A stretch of DNA of 64,000 nucleotides from a virus, in IMG/VR virus record IMGVR_UViG_3300046001_004063, positions 11,098-75,097 of that record, one strand, 5' to 3'. The notes under the pieces are model-generated. The model made no database searches and had not been told where the DNA came from. It saw only the letters and a program-made list of their open reading frames with translations. The translations under genes were made by a program, and so were the position numbers. This document shows positions 1 through 10,200 of the stretch, one piece after another (position 1 is the stretch's first letter; each line of letters begins with the position of its first letter).

Positions 1-1212
1 TGTTTTCACTTGTGCAGGATCACCATTTGCTATTTTTACATTGCCGGGCGCAGTAGATGTTTGCGTAATGTTATTTGTAACGTTAGATGGATTTTGCCTT
101 ACGCCTTGTCGGACCAGTTCGGCATTCTGTGCATCTCGTTCAGCGGCAGCGGCTTGTGATTTTTGGCGGTTTGCTTGATACTCTACTTCACGGGCTGCCT
201 CTTGTTTGTCCAACTCTTTTTGCCATTCAGGTGTAGGTTTACCGGTAACTCCGTCATACTTAGCACCCTTACCTGTTGCAGGATCATATGGTTTATCAAG
301 CGTAGATGGTGCCTTCGTTGTAGGTTGCTGTTGTGCAGGTTGTGTTGCGGCTGGTTGTGCGGCAGTGGCCGCCGGCCGTTGTTGTGCAGTTTGTGCGGCG
401 GCAGCTTGGTTAGCTTGTTTAGCTTGTTTAATCTGGTCAGGTTTCATGCCTGGAAATTTAGTTAGGTCTAAGGTACCACCTTTTGCCACTGCACCGGGTG
501 CGGCTTTGGCAGCAACTTGCGGCTTGCCAGTGTTCGGATCATATCCTTGTGGAGCGGCTGCGATTCTTGCTTGTGTAGCCGCATCAGGGACTACTGGTGC
601 CGGAGCGGCCGGAGTAGGTGCTGCCGCCGATTGTCCTGGCTTGGTAAACATACTTTTGGCTTTGTTGACCATGTTGCCTACAAAGCCTTCGTCCATGTCA
701 TCATCTGCTACACCTTGTTGGTCAGCAGTTTTACGACGAGCAACATCGCTCAAGTGTGTGACCACGCCACGTGGATCTTTGGGCTGACCTTGCTTGTTTT
801 TTTCGACTGGGTGCCATTCTGAGTCGTCTTTCCAACTCACAACTTTACCTTGTTTGTCCTTGACTTCTGTGTGGCCTTCTGCTACACCTTGTTGCTTATC
901 GTTGGGGTTGGTAGTCAACATGAACTCTTTGTCTTTGTTGAACAGCTTGGCCTGCATTATACGTGCGGCTTTGTTTGCGGCTGCCTTATCTTGGAATGCA
1001 TAAGGATTGCCTGATTTATCTTTGATCAGTTTGCCATTGAGGCGAATATACCAAGTATTTGATTGTTGATCAAGGCCGTGATTCTCATCATTGGCACCAC
1101 CATCTGCACGATATGCTTGTGAGTCTTTGCCAAAGCCGCTGGTGCTATTGGCAACGTCACGTTCGTATGCGTCACGTGGGTCTCTCATTTCATATAGGTC
1201 ATTTAGGTTCAT
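1..1212 (-). CDS. Ala/Pro/Gln-rich modular putative virion-internal protein (3' end runs off the window)
   Basis: Not in the ORF track. Read manually from ATG at 1212 (TAATG overlap with the upstream stop): MNLNDLYEMRDPRDAY..., open to base 1, with QQGVAEG and QQGVADD linkers. Confidence 0.75.
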   Translation of the reverse strand, partial: MNLNDLYEMRDPRDAYERDVANSTSGFGKDSQAYRADGGANDENHGLDQQSNTWYIRLNGKLIKDKSGNPYAFQDKAAANKAARIMQAKLFNKDKEFMLTTNPNDKQQGVAEGHTEVKDKQGKVVSWKDDSEWHPVEKNKQGQPKDPRGVVTHLSDVARRKTADQQGVADDDMDEGFVGNMVNKAKSMFTKPGQSAAAPTPAAPAPVVPDAATQARIAAAPQGYDPNTGKPQVAAKAAPGAVAKGGTLDLTKFPGMKPDQIKQAKQANQAAAAQTAQQRPAATAAQPAATQPAQQQPTTKAPSTLDKPYDPATGKGAKYDGVTGKPTPEWQKELDKQEAAREVEYQANRQKSQAAAAERDAQNAELVRQGVRQNPSNVTNNITQTSTAPGNVKIANGDPAQVKT

Positions 1213-1910
1213 TATGCTTCCTCAATATAGTCGGCTGACAGATCTTGTTTACGCTGTCTAGCCATGTACATTTCCAATGCCATCTGTGCTTGGTCCAAGT
1301 TCTTAAAGCGGCTCTTCATTGCACGTCCACCATGACGAATTTCAAATCCCGCACGTTCGTCTCCGTATATTTCGCAAGCACGACCATCTTCTAATGCAAC
1401 GGTTTTAACCGGTGCCGATTCAGCATAGGTTGGTTCTTGCACAGGTGTTGTGGGCATTTGTACAATGGGATTCTCGTCGGTGGGATCTTCTGCAACAGCA
1501 GTGATTTGTTTGGCAATGATGCTGGCATCTTTCGCAGGCTTTTTACTGATGTCACGATCTACTTGAACCCGGTCTTTTAAGTCAGTGTCTTTCTTTTCGT
1601 CAGCAATACTGTCAAGGTAGTCAGCAAAGGACTTTTTAACCTTGTCTAACTTGTCTTCACTGGTCACTGCTTCTTCCAGTGCATCCTGTTCAGGTTCTTC
1701 ACTTTCGTTAGAGCCAACCATGTAACCAGCACTGGGAGCTTTCTTATCAGGATCGCCACCCAGCACTGGACCTTGATCGGGCATTTTAAATAATGCAGGC
1801 ATTTGTGGCACAGACTTTTGTTGTGCGTTCAATCCTTTAGTAACCGTATCTGGGGTGATAGTGCTTTCAATCAATGCAAGCCTCTGCATTATTGTGTAAA
1901 TTTCATCCAT
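1212..1910 (-). CDS. hypothetical acidic phage protein (LIE/ALEE/VAED motifs, C-terminal DYIEE)
   Basis: 232-aa ORF tightly packed in the operon. Confidence 0.7.
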   Translation of the reverse strand: MDEIYTIMQRLALIESTITPDTVTKGLNAQQKSVPQMPALFKMPDQGPVLGGDPDKKAPSAGYMVGSNESEEPEQDALEEAVTSEDKLDKVKKSFADYLDSIADEKKDTDLKDRVQVDRDISKKPAKDASIIAKQITAVAEDPTDENPIVQMPTTPVQEPTYAESAPVKTVALEDGRACEIYGDERAGFEIRHGGRAMKSRFKNLDQAQMALEMYMARQRKQDLSADYIEEA

Positions 1911-1911
1911 G

Positions 1912-2352
1912 TTATGCCCTCGCGTCCTTCAAATAACTTTTCAGTTGCCACTGATACTTGCCGTGTTGGCTTTGGCGTTCTGCGGCAAAGTTTGCAATGT
2001 CTTCACGACCTTCGGCAGCGGCAGCTTCAAAAACTTGCCGGCTCATGCCAATCATGATCTGTGTATCTGCGAGTAATTCTTCCAGCATCAAACGAGCACG
2101 TGGCACTTTGGTTTGATCCGGTATCTGTGTTAGTTCTAAGAAGCGGCTGAGACTGCCGGGAGCATATTCATCTGTGGTACGAATGTATTCAGCAATGGGA
2201 TCTACTGCTGAATATGAATCTTCGTAGATGTTGGAAAAGAATTCGTGTAGTTCACCAAAGTCAGGTCCTTCTACATTCCAATGAAAATAGTGTGCCTTCA
2301 AATAGTACGAAAACGTACTGGCCAAATAGGTCTTTAGTAAATCACTTAACAT
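1912..2352 (-). CDS. dps: Dps/ferritin-like DNA-protection protein
   Basis: HYFHWNVEGPDFGELHEFF and DPIAEYIR ferroxidase signature. Confidence 0.92.
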   Translation of the reverse strand: MLSDLLKTYLASTFSYYLKAHYFHWNVEGPDFGELHEFFSNIYEDSYSAVDPIAEYIRTTDEYAPGSLSRFLELTQIPDQTKVPRARLMLEELLADTQIMIGMSRQVFEAAAAEGREDIANFAAERQSQHGKYQWQLKSYLKDARA

Positions 2353-2542
2353 TTGTTTTCCTTGCTTTCTTTCTCATACTTTTCGGTGTGTTTGGAAAAG
2401 GGTCATTGGTATATTTACCAGAAAAGAAACTATCGGGATTTCTTGCAATCATGCCACCCACGGGCATGGCCACTGTGGCAACGCTACCACTACTGGTGGC
2501 ACCAACGGACGCATTTTCTTTGATAAATTCCTGAGCTCTCAT
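2342..2542 (-). CDS. small protein with capsid-targeting-like N-terminus (MRAQEFIKE)
   Basis: 66-aa ORF overlapping both neighbours. Confidence 0.7.
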   Translation of the reverse strand: MRAQEFIKENASVGATSSGSVATVAMPVGGMIARNPDSFFSGKYTNDPFPNTPKSMRKKARKTNVK

Positions 2543-2820
2543 GTGAGTATCTTTAGTAGATTTCCTTTGATTTTTCCGGGACCGTAATCCACACGCATAT
2601 TCAAAACACGTATGGTGGCACCGGGAGAATTGACAAGTTCGTAACTGATTACATATTCGCCCGGCTCTGCTTCGATCTGTATCATTTCTTCAAGATATTC
2701 ATCCCGCCAACGCCAGGTTCTTTCAGCAAATAATTCGTCATCTACGTAAACGCGGTAAACAGGTGGAGTTTCAGTCCAACTGCAATCAACGTCACATAGC
2801 ACACGAATAAACTGTTTCAT
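2539..2820 (-). CDS. hypothetical beta-rich protein
   Basis: 93-aa ORF; TAAATA 4 nt upstream of ATG. Confidence 0.7.
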   Translation of the reverse strand: MKQFIRVLCDVDCSWTETPPVYRVYVDDELFAERTWRWRDEYLEEMIQIEAEPGEYVISYELVNSPGATIRVLNMRVDYGPGKIKGNLLKILT

Positions 2821-2902
2821 ATTGTATTTAGCGTGATTAACTGTATAGTTAAATTAGCAATTTAACAGTGGGTATAAATCAGTAGTTCTACTTAAATACT
2901 CA

Positions 2903-3610
2903 ATGACTGAACTTATCTATACCCTAATAGTCACACACATTACTATAATCTGTGTTACATTGTATCTACATCGCGGGCAAGCACATCGCGCGGTTACATT
3001 TCACCCTGCGGTGGCACATTTTATGCGCTTTTGGTTATGGGGAACTACCGGCATGGTGACCAAACAATGGGTTAGCACTCATCGTAAGCATCATCGTTTT
3101 ACTGAGCAACCAGGCGACCCACATAGCCCACATGTCTACGGTATATGGACCGTATTTTTTAAAGGTGCATTTTTATATAATCAAGCAACTAAAGACAACA
3201 CAATGGTTCAAGCGTATGGAGCAGGCACCCCAGACGATTGGATTGAACGCAATGTTTATACACCACATAGTCGTCTTGGCATCGTGCTTATGCTTATTAT
3301 TGATCTATGTTTATTTGGATTATGGGGATGGTTAGTTTGGTTAGTTCAGATAGTTTGGATTCCATTATGGGCTGCTGGTGTTGTCAATGGAGTTGGGCAC
3401 TGGTGGGGGTATCGTAATACTAACACCAAAGATTTTAGTCGTAATATAGTGCCTTGGGATTTTTGGGTGGGCGGCGAGCTTTTACACAACAACCACCATG
3501 CGGACCCAGCAAGTCCTAAACTAAGTCGTAAGTGGTATGAGTTTGATATTGGATGGTTATATATTAAACTATTAAGCTATTGTGGATTGGCTACGATCCG
3601 AACTACTTAA
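2903..3610 (+). CDS. delta-9 acyl-lipid/acyl-CoA fatty acid desaturase
   Basis: His boxes HRGQAH, HRKHH, HNNHH plus transmembrane segments. Confidence 0.93.
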   Translation: MTELIYTLIVTHITIICVTLYLHRGQAHRAVTFHPAVAHFMRFWLWGTTGMVTKQWVSTHRKHHRFTEQPGDPHSPHVYGIWTVFFKGAFLYNQATKDNTMVQAYGAGTPDDWIERNVYTPHSRLGIVLMLIIDLCLFGLWGWLVWLVQIVWIPLWAAGVVNGVGHWWGYRNTNTKDFSRNIVPWDFWVGGELLHNNHHADPASPKLSRKWYEFDIGWLYIKLLSYCGLATIRTT

Positions 3611-4180
3611 TTTGCATTTATTATGGTGCCGTTGATAAAATACATTAATAGGCAAGTCTTTTTTACAGCACAGACAACTTATCCTTACAGCTTTTTTTCC
3701 AAAGTTTGGACACAAAGGTCCTTTTGTTCCAAACATAGGATTGTTTTTGCCTGCTTTCTTGGCCCGTTGAACTGTTAAGGTTTCCTCACTGTGGCGCTTT
3801 CCAAAAAATGGGTTAAGCTCACCTTTTAATTTAGCACTTACTTCTGTACGCTTTTTACCAAAGTTTGGATGATTTTTTCCAGAGCGACTTGCTTTTTCTT
3901 CAGTTGACATAATACGGCCACTTATACCGTCTCCACCATCTGTTTTATTTCTAAGTATTCCTGTGCCCGTATCTTTGCGACCATACCATCTTATTAATCG
4001 TCGTTCAATGGCCAGAGAGCCAACTTCAGTTAATCCAGATTCGACAATAATGATTTTAGAACGATCTTTTGGAGGATGTACTTCGCCCTTGCCTTTTATC
4101 CACGCACGTTTGCCTTTTCCTTTTCCGATGTAGTACGGAGTGTTGTCTTTTCTTAGATAGGCATAAACATAGTATTCCAT
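3572..4180 (-). CDS. GIY-YIG-type homing endonuclease with NUMOD3 repeats and C-terminal Cys/His ribbon
   Basis: YYVYAYL...YYIGKG...R...E...N core; NPFFGKRHSEET and NPMFG repeats. Confidence 0.85.
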   Translation of the reverse strand: MEYYVYAYLRKDNTPYYIGKGKGKRAWIKGKGEVHPPKDRSKIIIVESGLTEVGSLAIERRLIRWYGRKDTGTGILRNKTDGGDGISGRIMSTEEKASRSGKNHPNFGKKRTEVSAKLKGELNPFFGKRHSEETLTVQRAKKAGKNNPMFGTKGPLCPNFGKKAVRISCLCCKKDLPINVFYQRHHNKCKLSSSDRSQSTIA

Positions 4181-4234
4181 AATAATACTTATTATATTAT
4201 AGATAAACTTTATTATTCTGGCACGGTTGCGTGA

Positions 4235-4423
4235 CTAACGCAGTTCTTTGATTGAGCCCACGTGCCAATCTTCGATGCGGTACTGTGCTTTGATCATTTG
4301 TCTAGCCACATGTGTGTTGGGAGCCCATACCACTGCATCGACCCAGCCCACATATCCAGGGTTCTGAACACGCACCTTGGCAGTCCATTGTTTTGCACCT
4401 CGGATGATTTCTTTGGCTCGCAT
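4235..4423 (-). CDS. small hypothetical protein (MRAKEII N-terminus)
   Basis: ATG at 4423 overlaps the upstream TGA. Confidence 0.7.
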   Translation of the reverse strand: MRAKEIIRGAKQWTAKVRVQNPGYVGWVDAVVWAPNTHVARQMIKAQYRIEDWHVGSIKELR

Positions 4424-5376
4424 CAGCAGTTCCAACGTCTACGAGCTTTGCAAATGGCCTTGTCCGGAGTCTTGGCACATGAAATATTGTGCATCTTCAT
4501 TTGTCCGCGACTGCGGCTACAATAGCTCTTTCTACGCTTGCTGGCCTTGCTACCACGCTTTAGTTTGCTGGGTTTGGTAGTCACAGCAGTCTTTAGCTTT
4601 GATCCTGGATTCTCTCTGCGATAAGCATTCACAGCCTTTTGACTCATGCCCGCAGTGCGATCTCGTTTGTTGGCCTTTTGCCAGTCTTCGTTCAGTTGCG
4701 AAGTCACAGCAAACACATACAGTTCATCTTCGGTTAGTGATTCTAAGTCCGCCCATACTGCTTCGGCGTCTACACCATTTTGTTCAGCAATACGATCGAT
4801 AATAGATTCAATAAGATCAAACTCTTCTGTCAAGCCTTCATCGGCATTGGGTTTGTCACGGAGTGGGCCGCCTGTGACCCAGGCATCGCAGGTTCTACGG
4901 CTGGCACATTTGAATTTTAAGAACTTACAATAACCCAGCTCACCTGCATCAATAACGCCGGCTGCATCCGCAGGAGAGTCACTGTCGATGCCTTGAGCAA
5001 TGCAGTCCAAGGTTTCTTCTCGTATGTCAAACGCCGCACAGTTGCCGCATAGGCTTTGTTTGGCTTCCTCTGCTGAGTCCAAGTTCCACTCATCAACTTT
5101 TTTCATCCAGAACTTGGTGTTGGGCATGTCTGGGTTCAGCGGCCCATAGCCATAGTCATTGATGGCTTTTTGTCTGTTCTTGAGATTGAGTGTAATGTCT
5201 TGTGTAGCAGGAGGGCACTTGTTGTCAGAGTCTTCTGCTATGCTTTCAGCAGGCACACAGTTGTTTACACGTACTCCGCCCTTCATTTTAGTTTTAGGGT
5301 TGCCAATCTTTTTGCCTGTCCAGCACTTGGGATCCAAGCGGACTTTTTCTTCTACAATGAATTCGTTAGCTCTCAT
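4423..5376 (-). CDS. modular putative internal protein: Cys-pair domain, HiPIP-like Cys domain, acidic domain, basic Cys-containing domain
   Basis: MRANEFIVEE start; CGNC...GYC...C..W; linkers SIAED, GLTEE, QLNED. Confidence 0.7.
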   Translation of the reverse strand: MRANEFIVEEKVRLDPKCWTGKKIGNPKTKMKGGVRVNNCVPAESIAEDSDNKCPPATQDITLNLKNRQKAINDYGYGPLNPDMPNTKFWMKKVDEWNLDSAEEAKQSLCGNCAAFDIREETLDCIAQGIDSDSPADAAGVIDAGELGYCKFLKFKCASRRTCDAWVTGGPLRDKPNADEGLTEEFDLIESIIDRIAEQNGVDAEAVWADLESLTEDELYVFAVTSQLNEDWQKANKRDRTAGMSQKAVNAYRRENPGSKLKTAVTTKPSKLKRGSKASKRRKSYCSRSRGQMKMHNISCAKTPDKAICKARRRWNC

Positions 5377-7238
5377 TTTTTCTTACCTCGTCGCATATTT
5401 AGTTGCCACTGTGCCATCCTGCGACGCTCGCCTGTGCTGGATTGAGCAATCTTTTCCAGTTGGCCCAAGGTGGCTTTTTTAGGAATCCCTACTCTGCGAC
5501 TCAGCCCTTTGCGTCCAGGATTTTTACCATCCGCAAAGTTTTCATCTATCTCTTGTTCCCATACATTTTGTTCAGGACGATGCTTGTCCCAAAATCCAGC
5601 ACCTGCATCAGTTTGCTGACCACTGCGGCGTATTTTATAGCCTTTGCTTTTTACATAGTCATACATTGTAGCGGCAATACCCTGACCTTGATAGCGTTCT
5701 TCTACTTCTAAATCTTGCGGCATTAAGTAATCGCCTTCTTGAACAAATAATACATGTCCAAGTTCGCGGCCGCCTGGCATCATGGCCGTTATTAAAATTT
5801 CGTCATCTTCTTTTTCCAAGGAGATTTCTATTCCATTATAATGTTCCATGCCTTCCGCCACACCTTGTTCTACGCTTTCACTTTTGTATGTGGCTCCAGT
5901 GCAGACCCAAGCAGGGCCTGTGTATCCTTGAGGGAATGCCTTCAAATGCTGAATAGTTCTATGCCAACCTTCAATCAAATCATAACCGTTTGCTAATTTA
6001 GCAACAATAATTGGTTCCGCACTCACACCCTTTTGCTGAATCATTTGTGATTGCAGTGCGTGTCTTTCAGCATCTTTTGGAACTTGAAAAGGATTAGAAC
6101 TACCACCTTCACGACTTTGAATCATACGCTGAGTTTTTGGTGTAAAGATATCTAGTGTGATGGGAATCTTAGTCAGTGTCCATTTACAATTACCAAAGTC
6201 TTGTTGTATTTCATCTAAAAAATCTTCTAAATCTTTTTGATTTTTATTACCTTTTGCCTTGGCATATAAAAAATCTCGTTGCACATATTCAGGCCATTGT
6301 GTTCTTGGAAATTTAGACTGAACCCAGGTCCAGAGTTGGTCACGATACTCACTTAGTGAGCCTTCCGCCACCGGTTGTTTTATTCTACTTAATTCGTATA
6401 TAACTTTGTTGCCAGTGTCTGCACGAAAAGCTCTGAAACCCCATGCTCTAGCATAACGCTGTACTAAACTATCATATAGTCTAGCTCTACTTTGTGCGTT
6501 TTGTCCTTGTTCAACTTCTTTACTGGCAGTAAAGGTTATTCTATTAGGAGTATACTTTTTAATAAACGTTTGTATAGCACTTAACACAGTGGCAAACACA
6601 CGTTGTTGATCGCCTTCACCTGTGACTTCTTGGCTGTTGTTTCTATAGAATTCAACACTCCATGCTTCCTCTTTTGAATCTTTACTAAATCCCTTGTTAA
6701 ACATAATACTTAGAAAAGTTCCGTCATCTAATCGTGCTATTGCATCCACATCACCAAAGTCACCCTTTTCCCATCGAAGTAGTTCATACGGTTTATCAAA
6801 TGCTTCTGTCAGACCCTGTGCAATTGCTTCACGGGCCTGGCGTTCATTCTCTACTTTGAATTTTTGTAAGGCTTGATTATCATTAATTTGTCTACGGTCC
6901 AATTGTTGCCAAATTGACAAGTCAAATTTGAGAAGTTTTCGTTCTACTGCTTGTGCAAAACTAAGTTCATTATTACCTCGGCCTTGCCAATTAGGTTTCA
7001 TGCCCCACACAACTGATACAGAATTATCGTAATCGTTGGACAGTGTAATTCTCATACGTTCGCCATAAAATACGTATGTACGTCCTTGCCAAGTAAAGTA
7101 AAGATCACCATTACTTGTTTGTCCCGTGCTCCAGCCATGCTTTTTTTGCAGAGCACTAACTGCGGCTTGATCTGCATTTTCCGCCACACCTTGCCGAGTC
7201 TGTGCAACAACTTCTGTTATAAATTCACTAGCTCTCAT
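5373..7238 (-). CDS. modular putative internal polyprotein including ParB/Srx-like and GNAT acetyltransferase domains
   Basis: MRASEFITE start; EPIIV...LIEGWHR (ParB-like); VEERYQGQGIATMY (GNAT motif A); QGVAE-type linkers. Confidence 0.78.
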   Translation of the reverse strand: MRASEFITEVVAQTRQGVAENADQAAVSALQKKHGWSTGQTSNGDLYFTWQGRTYVFYGERMRITLSNDYDNSVSVVWGMKPNWQGRGNNELSFAQAVERKLLKFDLSIWQQLDRRQINDNQALQKFKVENERQAREAIAQGLTEAFDKPYELLRWEKGDFGDVDAIARLDDGTFLSIMFNKGFSKDSKEEAWSVEFYRNNSQEVTGEGDQQRVFATVLSAIQTFIKKYTPNRITFTASKEVEQGQNAQSRARLYDSLVQRYARAWGFRAFRADTGNKVIYELSRIKQPVAEGSLSEYRDQLWTWVQSKFPRTQWPEYVQRDFLYAKAKGNKNQKDLEDFLDEIQQDFGNCKWTLTKIPITLDIFTPKTQRMIQSREGGSSNPFQVPKDAERHALQSQMIQQKGVSAEPIIVAKLANGYDLIEGWHRTIQHLKAFPQGYTGPAWVCTGATYKSESVEQGVAEGMEHYNGIEISLEKEDDEILITAMMPGGRELGHVLFVQEGDYLMPQDLEVEERYQGQGIAATMYDYVKSKGYKIRRSGQQTDAGAGFWDKHRPEQNVWEQEIDENFADGKNPGRKGLSRRVGIPKKATLGQLEKIAQSSTGERRRMAQWQLNMRRGKKK

Positions 7239-7239
7239 A

Positions 7240-10200
7240 TCAACTCACAATTGGTAGCACAGTAACATCTGCACCATGGCTGTAGCCATTGTCGGTCAAC
7301 CATTGTGTGGCCACACGGTTAGCATCACGCTGTTGATTGCCTATGCCGGAGAATCGATGCAGTTCATTGCCATCAGAATCTACAATCTTCCAAGCACCTG
7401 TAAATGTACCTGGTGTGGCTCGTTGTTGTGCTAGGTCTGCGGTGGATCCTGCAGCAGGTGTAGATGCCGTTTCTTCTGCAGGTTCCACTTGATAGTTGCC
7501 ATCCCAGTTGTATTCTCTAGCCCACACTGCGGCAAGTTCGTTGGCCTTGGCTCTGGTATTAACTGCAGGACGGAAACGATATACTTCGCGGCCTAACCCG
7601 TCAATGATTTTCCATTGTCCAGTTGGGCTTGTGGCAGCACGACCTGCGGCTATTGGCATGTCTATATCAACAATTCCCACTCCACCGACGGTACGTATGC
7701 CAAACATACGTTCAGCCTGACCTCGTTGTAGGCTATGTGGACCGTGTTCAATGTAATCATTCAGGCGAACCAATGCCTCTTCATCATTGGTGATTCCATC
7801 AGCATCCTCTACTGAGTTGCCAGTTTGTTTGTTGTAAATTTCGTAGCGAACAGTTTTTGCAGATTGTTCATATGGACGCAATGGCTTTGCAGTCATATCA
7901 TTAGCTGTGGCCCAATCTGGATATTCTGCACGACCTTTTTCAATGGCTTCTTCTTTGCTGGTAGCAACAACTTCAACACTGGCTCCATATCCAGGACGAC
8001 CTACACTCCACCAGTATTTTTCACCGCCTGTTGGATCTTTCTTCAACTTGCGTTCCAATTGTGCCTGCTTAACAAAACTACGCAAGGCAGCCGCAGGAAT
8101 CTTGCCTGCTACGTATTCACTGAAGTACTTGATAGTGTCAGAACCTTTGTTGTCCTGTGTCAACAACTTGTACAGTTTCTTCAAGTATTCTTCGCGATAC
8201 ATTTCAGGATTCAGTGCCGCACTCATGGCCACTGTGAAACGCAACAGGGTGTTTTCAATTTGATCAAAGTTTTGATCCAACCAATCGCCGCCAGGGCTAC
8301 GGAATTCAATGTGTCCATCTTTGGTGTTGATACTGGTGTACTTGCTGGTCACACCCGAATGAATGGCTTTACTTGCCAAACTATCCAAGTTGCCTTTCAT
8401 TTTGTTTAGTAACCGTTCTGCTTCGTCGGGCTTTTGCCGCACCTGATCACGTACCATTTTTATTGCTGGCTTGGCATAGGTATTGCCAGCACGTCCAAAC
8501 AAGTCCAGTACATACTCATCGCCCATCAGCAGGGCTAACTTTACAAAGTCCAAGTTCTCTCTGCTGTAGTTGGGCACAGATATGTTGATGTGCAGGCCTG
8601 TTGAATCATTGGTGTAGCAACCATATACCTTGGCCCACTTTTTAACCTTGTTCAAGTCACTTAATATATCGTCAATGGGCAAGGGTGGGCTCACAAACTC
8701 CAGGCCTACATCATCGCTGTCATCGGCTTCTAAACTGCCATCAGGTTCCACAATATAATGTTGTGCAGTAGGGCTAGGTCTTGTTACCCCGCCACTGTGG
8801 TAGTTGCCGCTGGCTCGAACGTCACGTCCTATTGCATCTTGGAATTCGTTAGCAACATCTTCGATACTGGCTTCGCCACCACCCTGTTGTTCAAAATGGG
8901 GCCAACTCATGTTGTATTCACGTTCAATGTCTGACATGCGATTCAAATCTCGATCTTCTAGCCATTCTGATTCTAGGTCTGCATTCTGATTAAAATCTTC
9001 TTGTGCAGATTCACGTGCCGCATCGTACCAATAGTTGCCATAGCTTTCTTCTATTACTTTTTCTGTGGCATCGCGATATGCTTGTTTGTCTGCTACATAT
9101 TCGCCGTCTACGCCGGGCTCTGTGCCTAGTATTTCTGCAATTTCATCTGCACTGGCGTTTTCTTTAAGGTAATTGTAGACAAATTCTGATTCGTCGCCGT
9201 CCCATCGAGTATCAAACGACTCACTTAACCATTCGTAGTATTCATCCTGCATCCGGTCACGCAGTCTAGTGACATCGCCGCGGCTGTTGTAATCGCCATC
9301 GTAGAAGAAATCATAAGCCTCCTGTATGCTACTAACACCTTCATCGTAACTGTAATCTGCTTCCATTTGACCGTCGTCATCGCCGCCTTCAACATTGGGC
9401 ACAATCATTTCAAATTCCATGCCGGCAATGGCACCGGTCTTGGCAGCTTCGCGACGTAGGCTGCCTGTGCTCATGTTGATTTCAAACAGCATGTCATCAA
9501 TGCCTTCGGCAATTAAATCTTCATCAGTTTTGGGTTGATGTTTGTCTGTGACATCTTCGCCACCTTCTACATCAGGATCGATGTCGTGTGTTTTTAGTCC
9601 CAGGCGTTTGAACTGTTTCAAGTAGCCCTGTTCTGCTTCATCGCTGGGGAAAACAACAACTGTTTGTGGTGGACCTTGATTGTAATTTTCCGGTTTGGCA
9701 TCATCCAAGTCAGATATGTCCATGCCCAACTGATACCAGTCAGTCAGGTCTTTAACATCAATTTTGGTTGTGCCTGCGGGAAATTGTGGTGGAAACTCTG
9801 GACCTGTTGCTTCTTGATTGCCCAGTTCATCTTCACGTTCTCCGGGCACTTGACTCAAGGGTGTGGAGTTGTATCCATAACTTTTGTTGGACGTACGGCC
9901 AGTTTCTTTAAACTCGCGCAGTGCATTGGCCAAGCCGGTCATTAACAAGCCCGGATGTCCTTGACTGTCAGTTTTTAATCCCAACTTGTTTGCTTCTTTA
10001 CCCACTGCACCCGGACGCACATCTTGTGTCAGAGCCATGCTAAAGCGTGGGTCTCGAGCCTGCTTCTTTGTGGGAATGTATCCTGATGCTTCTGCTAACT
10101 CATCTGCTTGCCCGGCAGCAAAATGTTCCGGGTGTAGTTTGGCATAGTCACGCATGAGTACGCCGGCACGAGCATTGGCTTCGTTTTCGTATGGACTGCC

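Noticed and set aside
163-1003. + strand ORFs 163-465, 206-787, 517-822, 794-1003 and most other + strand ORFs in the track
   Set aside because: Antisense shadows of - strand genes, with Cys/Ser-rich implausible composition and no RBS.
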